A stretch of DNA of 63,886 nucleotides, filler included, from Reticulomyxa filosa (Eukaryota > Protista > Foraminifera), in the NCBI GenBank assembly GCA_000512085.1. It is 20 parts of 20 records of this genome, joined end to end, with 100 filler letters (N's around TTAATTAATTAA, not from the genome) between each part and the next. Parts side by side here need not be neighbours in the genome. Positions count along the whole stretch, not along the records: positions 62,885 to 63,886 come from ASPP01032251.1; 19 more parts are not named here. The stretch is one strand, 5' to 3'. The notes beneath the pieces were generated by a model. That model searched no databases. It saw only the letters and a program-made list of their open reading frames with translations, and was not told the DNA's origin. Of the stretch, positions 63,552 to 63,886 are shown piece after piece (within the stretch, counting starts at the first letter, position 1; each line of letters opens with the position of its first letter). The translations under genes were made by a program, and so were the position numbers.

Positions 63552-63886
63552 GTTCCCACGCCTACACCGAAGACCAGCTCGTCGAACAACCCGCCATCGG
63601 ACTGTTTGCGGCGCTGGGTTGGCAGACGGTGTCGGCGCTGGAAGAGACCTTTGGCACCGGTGGGACGCTCCAGCGCGAGACCAAAGGCGAGGTCGTGCTG
63701 GTGAACCGCTTGCGGGCGGTGCTGACCAGAATGAACCCTGGCCTACCCGCCGAGGCGATCCAGACCGCCATCGACGACCTTGCTCGCGACCGCTCGGCGA
63801 TGAGCCTGGAGGCCGCTAACCGCGAGGTCTACCAACTGCTCAAGGAGGGCATCCCGGTTTCGATTCCCGACCGCGAACACGGCGGA
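63548..63886 (+). CDS. hsdR: Type I restriction endonuclease subunit R, N-terminus (runs off window; absent from the ORF track)
   Basis: ATGA overlap with the hsdS stop; MSSHAYTEDQLVEQPAIGLFAALGW...EVVLVNRLRAVLTRMNP...ANREVYQLLKEGI. Confidence 0.9.
   Translation, partial: MSSHAYTEDQLVEQPAIGLFAALGWQTVSALEETFGTGGTLQRETKGEVVLVNRLRAVLTRMNPGLPAEAIQTAIDDLARDRSAMSLEAANREVYQLLKEGIPVSIPDREHGG

Noticed and set aside
51767-63886. PIWI plus restriction-modification genes as a prokaryotic Argonaute defence island
   Set aside because: They are on different contigs. The PIWI gene has a spliceosomal-type intron and host-like composition, whereas hsdS/hsdR is bacterial.

Overview
This window is not one locus. 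It is 20 separate contigs joined by 19 artificial 100-bp spacers (N44-TTAATTAATTAA-N44), so adjacency only has meaning within a contig. Nineteen contigs are AT-rich, intron-containing eukaryotic DNA. Their poly-A/T and (TA)n introns and their WD40, kelch, CAP-Gly and TM-RGS family styles resemble a foraminiferan such as Reticulomyxa (inference). The last contig is GC-rich bacterial DNA carrying type I R-M hsdS-hsdR. Recognisable genes are mucolipin, two WD40 proteins, a Cys-rich/vWA protein, a kelch protein, a rhodanese-DSP MAPK phosphatase, a cyclin, a Furry/Tao3-like protein, an EF-hand membrane protein, a Gemin5-like protein, PP1, ADF/cofilin, Pumilio, a very divergent PIWI/Argonaute, an F-box gene with three in-frame TAA codons, and a TM-RGS protein. 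Many genes are broken by single-base shifts at homopolymers, which are probably sequencing errors. Three dispersed repeat families are visible: Tc1-like TIRs, a TGTAG...CTACA element with a covarying 5' hairpin, and a WD40-3'-end cassette. There is also a 5'-truncated LINE and several pseudogenes. The best leads are the atypical PIWI, the hairpin element, the WD40 cassette, an RPEL+CAP-Gly architecture and the Gemin5-like gene. All family calls come from motif recognition; no searches were run.
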